A DNA stretch of 56,602 bases. Origin: Acidimicrobiales bacterium (GTDB lineage Bacteria; Actinomycetota; Acidimicrobiia; Acidimicrobiales; RAAP-2). A program made the position numbers and the translations under genes. Shown here piece by piece: positions 35,008-44,402 of this stretch (position 1 is its first letter; each line of letters starts with the position of its first letter). The notes below the pieces were generated by a model that was not told the DNA's origin, searched no databases, and worked only from the letters and a program-made list of their open reading frames with translations. The stretch covers positions 1-56,602 of the forward strand of contig JASHYA010000322.1 of assembly GCA_030043315.1 (NCBI GenBank), read 5' to 3'.

Positions 35008-36402
35008 TCAGGGAAGGATGTCGAGGTATTCCTTGATATCCCAGTCGCTCACCGTGCCGATGAAGCGCTCCCACTCGTCGGTCTTGTAGTGCATGAAGAC
35101 CCGGTACATGTCCCCGGTGAGTGCGGACCTGACGACCTCGTCCTTTTCGAGCTCGACGAGCGCCTCTCCCAGGGTGCTCGGGATCCTCCGCACCTTCTTG
35201 CCAGCTGCCATCGCCTCGTAGATGTTCCCCTCCTCCGGCTCACCGGGGTCGATGCTGCGGTCGAGGCCGTCCTTCATCACCGCCAAGAGGGCAGCGAAGG
35301 AGAGATACGGGTTCACCGCCGAGTCGACCGAGCGGTACTCGAAGCGCCCGGGCGCCGAGATCCGCAGCGCCGTCGTGCGGTTCTGAAAGCCCCAATCGGC
35401 GAAGATCGGAGCCCAGAAACCCGCATCGGCGAAGCGTCGGTACGAGTTCACGGTTGGCGAGGTGATCGCACAGAGTGCCCGCAGGTGCTCCATCACCCCG
35501 CCGATCGCGTGCAGGCCGATCTTGCCGGGAAGGCGCGGGTTGTCGGTGTCGGGAAGGAACATGTTCTCGTCGCCCTGCCAGAGCGAGATGTTGTGATGAC
35601 AGCCGTTCGCCGAGACGCCCATGAAGGGCTTCGGCATGAAGCAGGCGAAGGCGTCCATCTCGCGGCCGACCTGCCGGCAGATCTGGCGGTAGGTCGTGAG
35701 CCGGTCGGCGGTGAGCTCGGCCTTGTCGAACTGGAAGTTCAGCTCGAGCTGGCCGGGGGCGTCCTCGTGGTCGCCCTGGATCATGTCGAGGCCCATCTTC
35801 TGGCCGTACTCGATCACCTTGTGGATGATCGGCTGCAGCTCGGAGAACTGGTCGATGTGGTAGCAGTAGGGCTTCGTCTTGCCCTCGACCGAGGGCTTGC
35901 CGTCGGCGTCGGTCTTCAGCCACATCATCTCCGGCTCACATCCCACGCGGAGGTGGAGTCCCGTGGCGGCGGTGAACGCGTCGTGCGCACGCTTCAGGTT
36001 GCCTCGGCAGTCGGAGGTGAGGAAGGCGCCTCCGTCGACCTCTTCCTCACGTCCGCGAAAGAGCGTACAGAAGACGCGGGCCACCTTGCGGTCCCACGGG
36101 AGCACACAGAAGGTCTCCGGCTCGGGCATGCCGATGAGCTCGCGAGCCTCCGGGCCGTACCCGATGTAGTCGCCGTTCCGGTCGATGAAGAGGTTCGCCG
36201 TCGAGCCGTAGACCAGCTGGAAGCCGCGTCGGGCGATGTTCTCCCAGTGGGGCGAGGGAATCCCCTTGCCCATGATGCGGCCCGTCACCGAGACGAACTG
36301 GTAGTAGATGTACGTGACCCCCTCCGCCTTGATCTGGCGGCTGACCTCGGAGATCAGATCGTCCCTTCCTTCTTGGGCTACGAAGGTCTCCAAATCGGAC
36401 AT
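35008..36402 (-). CDS. gmaS: gamma-glutamylmethylamide synthetase (glutamine synthetase-like)
   Basis: GS catalytic-domain motifs: CEPEMMW, HEDAPGQLELNF, MPKPF...NGCHHNISLW, NSYRR. Adjacent to mgsABC. The ATG at 36402 has a GGGAGGG SD. Confidence 0.8.
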   Translation of the reverse strand: MSDLETFVAQEGRDDLISEVSRQIKAEGVTYIYYQFVSVTGRIMGKGIPSPHWENIARRGFQLVYGSTANLFIDRNGDYIGYGPEARELIGMPEPETFCVLPWDRKVARVFCTLFRGREEEVDGGAFLTSDCRGNLKRAHDAFTAATGLHLRVGCEPEMMWLKTDADGKPSVEGKTKPYCYHIDQFSELQPIIHKVIEYGQKMGLDMIQGDHEDAPGQLELNFQFDKAELTADRLTTYRQICRQVGREMDAFACFMPKPFMGVSANGCHHNISLWQGDENMFLPDTDNPRLPGKIGLHAIGGVMEHLRALCAITSPTVNSYRRFADAGFWAPIFADWGFQNRTTALRISAPGRFEYRSVDSAVNPYLSFAALLAVMKDGLDRSIDPGEPEEGNIYEAMAAGKKVRRIPSTLGEALVELEKDEVVRSALTGDMYRVFMHYKTDEWERFIGTVSDWDIKEYLDILP

Positions 36403-36487
36403 AGGCCCTCCCGTCAGACGGAAGCCGGGGTTTCCCCTCAGGAAACTCCGACTGCTCTCATGATACGGGTCACCCAGCTCAGGCGCA

Positions 36488-36874
36488 ATGAGCACACTGA
36501 GCGAGCGTAGACTCGCCGTGATGAAAGGGGCTCGTATCACGGTCAAATGTGACTGCGGCGAGATCAACTACGTCGACTACGGCGAGATCTGGCAATGCCC
36601 CAAGTGCAGGCGGCGGTGGAACACCTCGCAGATCCCGGCCGAGGAGTACTGGGGCCTCATGCACGACATGCGCAGGGAGCGCTACACGATCATGGGAGCG
36701 GCGCTCGGGGTCGGCGTCGCCTTCCTCGTCCTCGCCTTCGCCGTCTCGGAGGCGTTCATCTTCCTCCTCCCGGTCACCTTCGGCGGCTGGTACCTCATGT
36801 ACATGCCGCGCTGGCGCAAGCGCTTACGCATGAAGGCCCGCGCCGCACCCACCTGGGAGCTCCGACCGGAATGA
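36488..36874 (+). CDS. hypothetical zinc-ribbon membrane protein
   Basis: CDCG...CPKC Cys4 ribbon followed by two hydrophobic helices. The start is uncertain: 36488, or the Met 11 codons downstream. Confidence 0.5.
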   Translation: MSTLSERRLAVMKGARITVKCDCGEINYVDYGEIWQCPKCRRRWNTSQIPAEEYWGLMHDMRRERYTIMGAALGVGVAFLVLAFAVSEAFIFLLPVTFGGWYLMYMPRWRKRLRMKARAAPTWELRPE

Positions 36875-37347
36875 GCCTCCAGGTCGAGGTGCGCACGGAA
36901 GCGCCCGGACTCGCGTCCAGCGCTGGTTCCGGCGACGTCCTTCTCGCCACCTTCGGCGTCCCCTTCGACGCCGAAGCAGCGGCGTTCGCCGTCGACTCGG
37001 CCGTCGAGGCCGGTCGCAACCTCATCGTCGCCAACGTCGTCGAGCTCGAGCCCCTCCCCCTCAGCCTCCGGATGGGTTACGACAGCCTCGAGTACACACC
37101 GGAGCTGGCGGCCTCCCTCCTCGCGCCGGTGCAGCTGGCCCAATCCCTCGGGGTGCACGTCGAGCGGCTTCGCGTGAAGACGCCCCGGCGCGTGCGCTCC
37201 CTCATCGAGCTCGTGAAGGAGCGCCAGGTGAGCCTGCTCGTGCTCGGGCCCGACCGCAACGTGGTGAAGCCCCGCCTCTACCGAAAGGCCGCGGCCGCGG
37301 TCCGGGGCCGCCTCTCCTGCCTCGTCTGGCTCAGCTGGGACCTATAG
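36871..37347 (+). CDS. hypothetical protein, possibly USP-like fold
   Basis: The ATG overlaps the upstream stop (ATGA). LIVANVVELEP...LIELVKERQVSLLVLGP is reminiscent of universal stress / adenine-nucleotide alpha-hydrolase folds. Confidence 0.45.
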   Translation: MSLQVEVRTEAPGLASSAGSGDVLLATFGVPFDAEAAAFAVDSAVEAGRNLIVANVVELEPLPLSLRMGYDSLEYTPELAASLLAPVQLAQSLGVHVERLRVKTPRRVRSLIELVKERQVSLLVLGPDRNVVKPRLYRKAAAAVRGRLSCLVWLSWDL

Positions 37348-38262
37348 GCCGCCTGAGGTCCCTGTCGGCTCCGCCCGGCCCAGGTAGTCATCGAGGAAGC
37401 GGGTGCGGCTCCCTTCGTGTCGCCAGACGACCGGGAAGAAGGCCTCGTCGAGCTCGATCTCGCCCGGCCGGCGGTAACGGGAGTAGACGGGGTGCGGGTG
37501 CGCGGGATCCCAGCGGGTGCCGACGTCGATGAAGTGGCTGATGATCGAGCGGCGCTCGGTGTCGTCACGAGAGTTGGCGGGGCTCCCGTGGAAGACCCAG
37601 GCGTCGTGGAAGGCAGCTCCCCCGGCAGGGACCTCGACGGGAACGAGGTCGAGCTCGGCCGCGACAGGCCGGGAACGCTCCAGCCAGCCCAGCCAGTCTT
37701 CCGGCGCGTGGAACTGACCACCGACCGCCGCGTGCGGCCAGCCGTGCGAGCCGCGGGCGTAGTAGATCGTGCCGGCGTCGCGGGAGGTGTCGTCGAGCGC
37801 GATCCAGCAAGTGACCATGTTCTGAGGATCGAGGTAGTCGAGGTACGAGCCGTCCTGGTGGGCGAGGAGCGGCCGACCGGAGGAGGGCTTCCAGATGAGG
37901 TTGTCCTGGTTGATGCGGAGTCCGGTCGCGCCGGTCAGGCCGGCTGCGAAGGCGGCGCTGCGAGGGGAGAGCGTCACCGACGCGATCGTCCTATCGGACT
38001 TCCACGCATTGCACATCTGGCGCGTGCGGTCCGGCGGGGTGACGCCAGGCGTGTAGTTCACCTCATCGGGAGCGATGCCGGTCTCCCACTCGTGAGCGAA
38101 GACGCGGGCGAAGTGCTCGAGAACGCCTTCCAGCTCTTCGGTTGCCAGAAACTCCGGCACGATCACAAAGCCGTCGCGCTCGTACGCGGCCACCTGCTCG
38201 GGCGTCGGCCCGAGGACGGGGCCGCCACAGACCCGCTCCGGCCCCGGTGCGGCGGCCTCCAC
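37342..38262 (-). CDS. phytanoyl-CoA dioxygenase (PhyH) family Fe(II)/2-oxoglutarate oxygenase
   Basis: YERDGFVIVPEFL, facial triad LAHQDGSY...FHGSPAN. The GTG at 38262 is preceded by AGGAAG. Confidence 0.75.
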   Translation of the reverse strand: MEAAAPGPERVCGGPVLGPTPEQVAAYERDGFVIVPEFLATEELEGVLEHFARVFAHEWETGIAPDEVNYTPGVTPPDRTRQMCNAWKSDRTIASVTLSPRSAAFAAGLTGATGLRINQDNLIWKPSSGRPLLAHQDGSYLDYLDPQNMVTCWIALDDTSRDAGTIYYARGSHGWPHAAVGGQFHAPEDWLGWLERSRPVAAELDLVPVEVPAGGAAFHDAWVFHGSPANSRDDTERRSIISHFIDVGTRWDPAHPHPVYSRYRRPGEIELDEAFFPVVWRHEGSRTRFLDDYLGRAEPTGTSGGL

Positions 38263-38281
38263 CTCGCTTCCTGGACGCCGC

Positions 38282-39781
38282 TTACGAAGACGCGGACACG
38301 CCCGCCGGCGCGAGCTTTTCTTCCTGCTGCAAGAGTGCCATCTGCGCCGCAGAGGGCACGACGTCCGTCGGCTCGCGGAAGGTGATGGGCTTCTTGTCCT
38401 GCACGACTCGCCTGAAGACGAAGAGGACGAGCGAACCGACGAGCACACCGACGCCGATGCCGAGATCGGTCCAGGTGCCGTACCCGGTAAGCGTGGGGTT
38501 CGCGATCCCGTATATCAGGAACACCAGGTTCACCACGAGGAAGAGCCCGGCGAGCACTACCCAGGGACTGCCCACCTTGATCGGTCTCGGCCAGTTGGGG
38601 CGGTCGCGTCGAAGTAGCAGGAACCCCGACAAGGCGAAGACATGGGCGATCACGTAGCCGATGTTGCTCATGTACAGGATCGCCAGGTTGCTCGAGATGA
38701 AGAGGATGAGGAGCGTGTTGACCACCATGTCGACGGTCATCGCGCGGCCGGGCACGTGGTACCTGTTCAGGTGGTAGAGCTGCTTGACCGTCATGTCGTC
38801 CCGGGCGATGCCGTACAACGCACGCGAGGCGTCCGCCGTCGACGAGATCATGGAGAGGAAGAGGCTGGCGATCAAACAGGCGACGACGAATCCGGCGGCG
38901 CCGCTCCCGACGATGTGGCTGAAGAAGGTGGTGTACCACTCGCCCTCGGCGGTCGCCGCGCTCGGTGCTCCGTAGCCTCCGGCGGCTCCGAGCGGGAACA
39001 GGATGGCAGCGAGGAGCGCGAAGGTCGCCCCGGAACGCAGTGCGACGGCGGTATCACGCTTCGTGTTGTGGTACTCGGGGGCGAACGTGGCGCATATCTC
39101 CACCCCGTAGGTGTTCCAGGCCATGAGGAACAGGTAGACCATGGCGAGCTTAAAGCCGCCGTAGCCGCTCAGGACCCACGTCATCCTCGAGGACGACCAC
39201 CCGCCAGAGATGTAAGAGCCGAAACTGACGATGACGAGGGGCACGAGCAACCCGACGCCGGTCACGTAGGAGACCCAGACGGCTGGGCGGAGTCCGAAGA
39301 TATTGAGCAACCAGACGACGATGATGCAGCCGATCCCTATGAGGTCGTTCGGGGTGACGTTCAGCACCCCGTCGCTGAACACCTTGATCCCGTCCTCGGC
39401 GGGGAACCACTGCGCGGTGACGAGATCGCCGATCGTCTTGCCGAAGATCGAGAGGACGACCGACCAGCCGATCCAATAGCCGAAGGCTCCGAGCGGTCCG
39501 ACAAGGGAGAACCGCGAGCGCCAGCCCTCGAAGGCGTACAGGGAGATTCCTCCCGGCTTGTCCGGGAACATCGCGGCGGTCTCCGAGTAGATCCACGCCT
39601 GTAAGAGGCCTATCGCCGCCGAGATGGCCCAAAGGACAACGGCCGCCGTCGTGCCCAGGGCGTCGAGGGTGTACCCCAGGAACGCGATCATGAAGCCGGG
39701 GTTACACATTGCGATGACGAACCCGTCCCACCAGCGGAGCGACTTCAGAAGCTGGCGCTCCTCCACGACCGCTACGGCCAT
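38282..39781 (-). CDS. APC-superfamily amino acid/amine permease
   Basis: About 12 TM. LRWWDGFVIAMCNPGF, YSETAAMFPDKPGG. The ATG at 39781 is preceded by GGGGAGGG. Confidence 0.8.
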   Translation of the reverse strand: MAVAVVEERQLLKSLRWWDGFVIAMCNPGFMIAFLGYTLDALGTTAAVVLWAISAAIGLLQAWIYSETAAMFPDKPGGISLYAFEGWRSRFSLVGPLGAFGYWIGWSVVLSIFGKTIGDLVTAQWFPAEDGIKVFSDGVLNVTPNDLIGIGCIIVVWLLNIFGLRPAVWVSYVTGVGLLVPLVIVSFGSYISGGWSSSRMTWVLSGYGGFKLAMVYLFLMAWNTYGVEICATFAPEYHNTKRDTAVALRSGATFALLAAILFPLGAAGGYGAPSAATAEGEWYTTFFSHIVGSGAAGFVVACLIASLFLSMISSTADASRALYGIARDDMTVKQLYHLNRYHVPGRAMTVDMVVNTLLILFISSNLAILYMSNIGYVIAHVFALSGFLLLRRDRPNWPRPIKVGSPWVVLAGLFLVVNLVFLIYGIANPTLTGYGTWTDLGIGVGVLVGSLVLFVFRRVVQDKKPITFREPTDVVPSAAQMALLQQEEKLAPAGVSASS

Positions 39782-40028
39782 GTCACCCTCCCCTTGCTGG
39801 AACCGCGCTGGCACTCCGTGCGGGCGACAGACTCCCCATCCCGGCCCCCTGCAGCCAGCCGCTCGTGTTCACTGTTGCGAAACTGTGTCCACTGCGGATA
39901 ACTTCGTCGGCATAGTAGTCCACGCCGGGGGAAATGTGAAGGGACTCTTTGGGCCCCGTTTCCTCCCCGGGGTTGTGGCCTATCTTGCACGCCATGGCGA
40001 CGGTACAAGCCCGGAGGGGACACCAGAG

Positions 40029-40805
40029 GTGAAGGCAGTGGTCTGCGTCAAGCAGGTCGTAGCCATCGGCGACGAGATCGCCTTCACCGACGACGGCAAG
40101 TCGGTCGACGGCGACTACCTCGATCATGCGGTGAACGAGTGGGACGTCGTCGCCGTCGAGGAGGCCCTCCGCATGACCGAGGCGGCGTCCGCAGCGGGCG
40201 AGGAGTCGGAGGTCGTCGTCGTGACGGTCGGCGGCGAGGAGAACGAGGAAGCGCTCAGGCGATGCCTCGCGATGGGGGCGCAACGCGCCATCCGCGTCGA
40301 GGGCCAGTCCGGTGCGCTCCTTGATCCGCTCACGGTCGCCCGCCGGCTGGCTCCCGTCGTCGCCCGCGAGGCGGCCGACGTCGTCCTGTGCGGCGTGCAG
40401 TCGAGCGACTCGGTGCAAGCCGCCGTCGGCACGATGCTCGCCGAGCTCCTCGAGCTGCCGCGCGTGGCCGTCGTGAAGGAGATCTCCCTCGACAGGGCCG
40501 ACGGCACGGCCACGGTGATGCGGGAGCTCGAGGGCGGTCTCGTCGACGTCGTCGAGGTCGACCTCCCGGCCCTCCTCACCGTCCAGACCGGCATCAACGA
40601 ACCTCGGTACGCGACGCTGCGGGCGATAAAGCAGGCAAACCTGAAGGAGATCGAGGTCGTCGAGCCGAGCCAAGATGCGCCCGGCTGCTATGAGATCCTC
40701 CGGATCTATGCGCCGCCACGGGGCGAAGGAGCCGAGATGCTCGAGGGCAGCCCTGCCGAGGTGGCGGCACGCATCGTCGAGCTCGTAAAGGCCCGGCTGT
40801 CATGA
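40029..40805 (+). CDS. etfB: electron transfer flavoprotein beta subunit
   Basis: (V)KAVVCVKQV, NEWDVVAVEEALR, VLCGVQSSD, PRYATLRAIKQA. GTG with a GGAGGGG SD. Confidence 0.9.
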   Translation: MKAVVCVKQVVAIGDEIAFTDDGKSVDGDYLDHAVNEWDVVAVEEALRMTEAASAAGEESEVVVVTVGGEENEEALRRCLAMGAQRAIRVEGQSGALLDPLTVARRLAPVVAREAADVVLCGVQSSDSVQAAVGTMLAELLELPRVAVVKEISLDRADGTATVMRELEGGLVDVVEVDLPALLTVQTGINEPRYATLRAIKQANLKEIEVVEPSQDAPGCYEILRIYAPPRGEGAEMLEGSPAEVAARIVELVKARLS

Positions 40806-41743
40806 GCGGGACGATCATCGTTGCCGAGCACCTGCAGGGTCGCCTCCGAGACGTGACCCGCGAGCTCGTCACGGCAGCGGCAACGCTGCCTGGACCGGTC
40901 ACCGTCGCAATCGTCGCGAGAGAGCCGGAGCGGATCGCCGCACAGGCCGAGCTCGAGGGCGTTAACGAGGTCGTTTTGGTTCGCGCTGGCGGGGACGAGT
41001 TCGAGAATGACGTCTACCAGGCGGCGCTCCAGGCACTCATCGCACAGCGCGCGCCGGAGGTGGTCCTCGTCGGCTTCACCGTGGGCGGGATGGGGTACGC
41101 CCCGGCTGTCGCGGCTCGGCTCTCGTGCGGATTCGCGAGCGACGTCTTCGGGCTGGAGCGGCGCGACGGGCGCCTCGTGTGTCGTCGCGCCTTCTACGGC
41201 GCAAAGGTGCATGGCGAAGTGGCGCTCCCCGCCGGCCGCACCTCCGTCGTAATGGTGCGTCCGACGGTCTTCGCGCCGGCGGCCGACGGAGCGAGCACCA
41301 GCCGCTCCGACATGTCGATCGACCCGGTAACGCCACGGGCACGCCACCTCCGGTTCGTCGAGGCGCCGCAGTCCGACGTCGACATCACGACGGCCGACTT
41401 CCTCCTCTCGATCGGACGGGGGATCGGTGACCGGGAGAACGTCGAGCGGTTCGTCAAGCTCGCCGAGCAGATGGGGGCGACGCTCTCGGTCTCTCGGCCG
41501 ATCGTGGACGCCGGTTGGATGCCCGCCGCACGCCAGGTCGGACAGTCGGGCAAGACCGTCAAGCCGAAGGTCTACCTGGCCCTCGGGATCTCGGGTGCGG
41601 TCCAGCACCTCGCCGGGATGAAGACGAGTGGCGCGATCATCGCCGTCAACACCGATCCGGAGGCGGCGATCTTCGACGTCGCCCACTACGGGGCGGTCGC
41701 CGATCTCTTCGACGTGGCCGACGAGCTCGAGAGGCTCTTCTGA
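40802..41743 (+). CDS. etfA: electron transfer flavoprotein alpha subunit
   Basis: ATGA overlap with etfB. FAD-binding C-terminus VGQSGKTVKPKVYLALGISGAVQHLAGM...IIAVNTDPEA. Confidence 0.9.
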   Translation: MSGTIIVAEHLQGRLRDVTRELVTAAATLPGPVTVAIVAREPERIAAQAELEGVNEVVLVRAGGDEFENDVYQAALQALIAQRAPEVVLVGFTVGGMGYAPAVAARLSCGFASDVFGLERRDGRLVCRRAFYGAKVHGEVALPAGRTSVVMVRPTVFAPAADGASTSRSDMSIDPVTPRARHLRFVEAPQSDVDITTADFLLSIGRGIGDRENVERFVKLAEQMGATLSVSRPIVDAGWMPAARQVGQSGKTVKPKVYLALGISGAVQHLAGMKTSGAIIAVNTDPEAAIFDVAHYGAVADLFDVADELERLF

Positions 41744-41746
41744 GGG

Positions 41747-43873
41747 GTGGGCGAGACCCGCCCCGTCTACGCAGGTCTGAGCCACATCGAGGTCGTCCTC
41801 TTCTACGGCCTCGCCGTCGTCTCGACGGGGATCTTCTGCTGGGGCGTCGCTCGCCTTGTCCTGAAATACCGTGCTGGGCGGCGCGAACCTCTCGGCCGTC
41901 TCGTGCGACGGGCCTCGTCCATGGTGGACGTGGTCTTCTCCCACCGCTGGATCCGCCGCCGAGACCCGATCGCCGGGCTCGGACACCTGCTGCTGTTCTA
42001 CGGCTTCACGGCGCTCTTCATCGGAACGACGATCCTCGGCATCCAGACGGACATCGCCCGGCCAATCTTCCATGCCGACTTCTGGAGCGGCCGCTTCTAC
42101 CTCGGCTACAAGCTCGCCCTCGACATCGCGGGCGTCCTGCTCCTCGCGGGACTCACCCTCATGGCCTTCAACCGTGCGGTGCGCAGGCCGCGGCGCCTCG
42201 GCTACGCGCGCCCGGACCGCCGCGCGGGTGAGTACGACCGCAGCCTCTACCGGGTCGGGGACTGGGTCTTCCTCTCGACGCTGTTCTCCCTGGGCGTCAC
42301 GGGGTTTCTTCTCGAGGGCTTCTTCCTCGCTTCGACGCCCCAGCACTTCGCGGCGTGGTCACCGGTCGGGTGGGTGCTCATGAAGTGGTTCAGGGCGATG
42401 GGCCTAACCGGCAGCTCTGCTGCGCTCGCCCACCACGTGACGTGGTGGGTGCACGCGGTGCTCGCCCTCACCTTCGTGGCGTCAATCCCCTTCACGAAGG
42501 CGGTCCACATGATCGCAAGCCCCGCCAACGTCGCGGTGCGTGACCCGGCCGCCGGCAAACGGCTCTCCACCATTGCAGCCGACGCCGCCCCGGAGGACGT
42601 CGGCTACCGCAATCTCGACGACCTTTCTTGGCGCCACCTATTATCGCTCGACGCCTGCACGAAGTGCGGCAAGTGCACCGAGGCCTGCCCGGCTGCTGCC
42701 GCCGGCCTTCCGCTCTCGCCCAGGGATCTCATCTTGGACCTGCGCGAAGCGGCCGAGACCACGCTGGGTGCACACGCCGCGCTCGGCATCCGCCCCGACG
42801 GGTGGCCGGAGGGGCTCGACGTCCTCGGCGACCCGATCAGGACTGCGTCGGTATGGTCCTGCACGCAGTGCATGGCCTGTGTCGAGATCTGCCCGGTCGG
42901 TATCGAGCACGTCCCGATCATCAACCAGTTCCGCCGCCAGCTCGTCGAGCGCGGCGAGATGGACCCGATGCTGCAAAGAACGTTCGAGACCATCTCCTCG
43001 ACGGGGAACTCGTTCGGCGAGCCAAAACGAAGGCGTCCCAAGTGGACGGAAGGGCTCCAGTTCGCAGTGAAGGATGCTCGGAAGGAGGCGGCCGAGCTGC
43101 TCTGGTTCGTCGGCGACTACGCCAGCTTCGACCCGCGCAACCAGCGCAATTCGCGTGCCCTCGCCGAGGTGCTCCGCAGAGCCGGCGCCGACTTCGCCAT
43201 GTTGTACGAAGCCGAGAGGACCGCCGGCTGTGACGTTCGCCGCGCCGGTGAAGAGGGCCTCTACTCCTCCCTCGCCGAGGCGAACATCGAGGCGATCTCG
43301 GGCTGCGAGTTCGAGAGGATCTTCTCGACCGACCCGCACACCTTTCATACGTTGAAGAACGAGTACCCGGGCTTCGGCGGCAGCTGGACCGTGCTCCACC
43401 ACAGCGAGCTGCTCCTCGAGCTCATCGAAGCGGGCCGGCTCGAGCTACGCCCTCTCGGCTACCGGGTGACCTACCACGACCCGTGCATGCTCGGGCGTTA
43501 CAACGAGGTCTACGACGCGCCGAGGCGCGTGCTCGAAGCGATCGGCGTCGAGCTCGTCGAGATGCCGCGCAACCGCGACAATTCCCTGTGCTGCGGGGCA
43601 GGCGGCGGCCGCATCTGGATGAAGGAGCAGCGGCCGGAGGGTTCACGCCGCGCGAGCGAGCAGCGGATCGACGAAGCGACGTCGCTCGGTCGCCTCGACT
43701 ATTTCGTGGTGGCCTGTCCGAAAGACGTCACGATGTACTCGGACGCCATCAAGACCTCGGGCCACGACGGCGAGATCGAGCTGCGTGAGCTGAGCGAGCT
43801 CGTCCTCGAGTCGATCGGCGCGCCGACAGACTCGGCAACTGCCCTCGCCGGGACGAAGGTCGCGCCGGACTGA
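41747..43873 (+). CDS. membrane-bound Fe-S oxidoreductase (EtfD / HdrD-GlpC-like), probable ETF:quinone oxidoreductase
   Basis: N-terminal multi-TM domain. Two 4Fe-4S motifs (CTKCGKCTEACP, CTQCMACVEICP). C-terminal CCG domains (HDPCMLGR, SLCCGAGGG). Starts 4 nt after etfA. Confidence 0.8.
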   Translation: MGETRPVYAGLSHIEVVLFYGLAVVSTGIFCWGVARLVLKYRAGRREPLGRLVRRASSMVDVVFSHRWIRRRDPIAGLGHLLLFYGFTALFIGTTILGIQTDIARPIFHADFWSGRFYLGYKLALDIAGVLLLAGLTLMAFNRAVRRPRRLGYARPDRRAGEYDRSLYRVGDWVFLSTLFSLGVTGFLLEGFFLASTPQHFAAWSPVGWVLMKWFRAMGLTGSSAALAHHVTWWVHAVLALTFVASIPFTKAVHMIASPANVAVRDPAAGKRLSTIAADAAPEDVGYRNLDDLSWRHLLSLDACTKCGKCTEACPAAAAGLPLSPRDLILDLREAAETTLGAHAALGIRPDGWPEGLDVLGDPIRTASVWSCTQCMACVEICPVGIEHVPIINQFRRQLVERGEMDPMLQRTFETISSTGNSFGEPKRRRPKWTEGLQFAVKDARKEAAELLWFVGDYASFDPRNQRNSRALAEVLRRAGADFAMLYEAERTAGCDVRRAGEEGLYSSLAEANIEAISGCEFERIFSTDPHTFHTLKNEYPGFGGSWTVLHHSELLLELIEAGRLELRPLGYRVTYHDPCMLGRYNEVYDAPRRVLEAIGVELVEMPRNRDNSLCCGAGGGRIWMKEQRPEGSRRASEQRIDEATSLGRLDYFVVACPKDVTMYSDAIKTSGHDGEIELRELSELVLESIGAPTDSATALAGTKVAPD

Positions 43874-43890
43874 GGCCGCTCGCGCAGGCG

Positions 43891-44313
43891 TCAAGTGACG
43901 ACGAACACCGGGATGTCGGTGGAGTGAATGACTCTGTTGGCGGTGCTCCCGATGAGCCCGCCGTCGTGCCCGGACGCACCGCGAAAGCCCATCACGACAA
44001 CGGTGCAGCCGGACTCCTGCGCCTCGGCCGCGATCTCGCCTGCGATCCGGTGCGTGAGTGCGGAGCGCAGGACGCCCGTCGCGCTGATCCCGTCCTGCTC
44101 GAGCGCCGTCAAGGCGTCGTGGACGATCTGCTTCGCTTCGTCGTGCTCCTCGAGCGGGACTTCTCCGATCCGCGCGCCCCAACCGAGCTCCTGCACGTGC
44201 AGCACGCGAATCTCGCTTCCCGCCTTCTCTGCGAGTTCCCGCGCCGCCGACAAGGTCTTCTCGGAGTGGTCGGAGCGATCCACCGCCACCAGCACCTTCT
44301 CGAGCATCTCCAC
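43891..44313 (-). CDS. universal stress protein
   Basis: KVLVAVDRSDHSEKTL..., VVVMGFRG...GSTANRVIHSTDIPVFVV. Confidence 0.85.
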   Translation of the reverse strand: MEMLEKVLVAVDRSDHSEKTLSAARELAEKAGSEIRVLHVQELGWGARIGEVPLEEHDEAKQIVHDALTALEQDGISATGVLRSALTHRIAGEIAAEAQESGCTVVVMGFRGASGHDGGLIGSTANRVIHSTDIPVFVVT

Positions 44314-44402
44314 CTCGCTCTCGACGGTTCGTTCATCCCTCGAGCGTCACCGGAACGACCGTGCCCTGCCCACCCCTAGGGCCGAAACATGCTGGACGCT
44401 CG

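Noticed and set aside
39870-39887. CACTGTTGC-GAAACTGTG imperfect palindrome in the permease/etfB divergent region
   Set aside because: Only 7 of 9 arm positions pair. It is noted as a possible operator but is too degenerate to support on its own.
44324-44362. Imperfect inverted repeat between the tmd stop and the USP start
   Set aside because: The stem needs a bulge and an 18-nt loop. It is not distinguishable from chance in GC-rich DNA.
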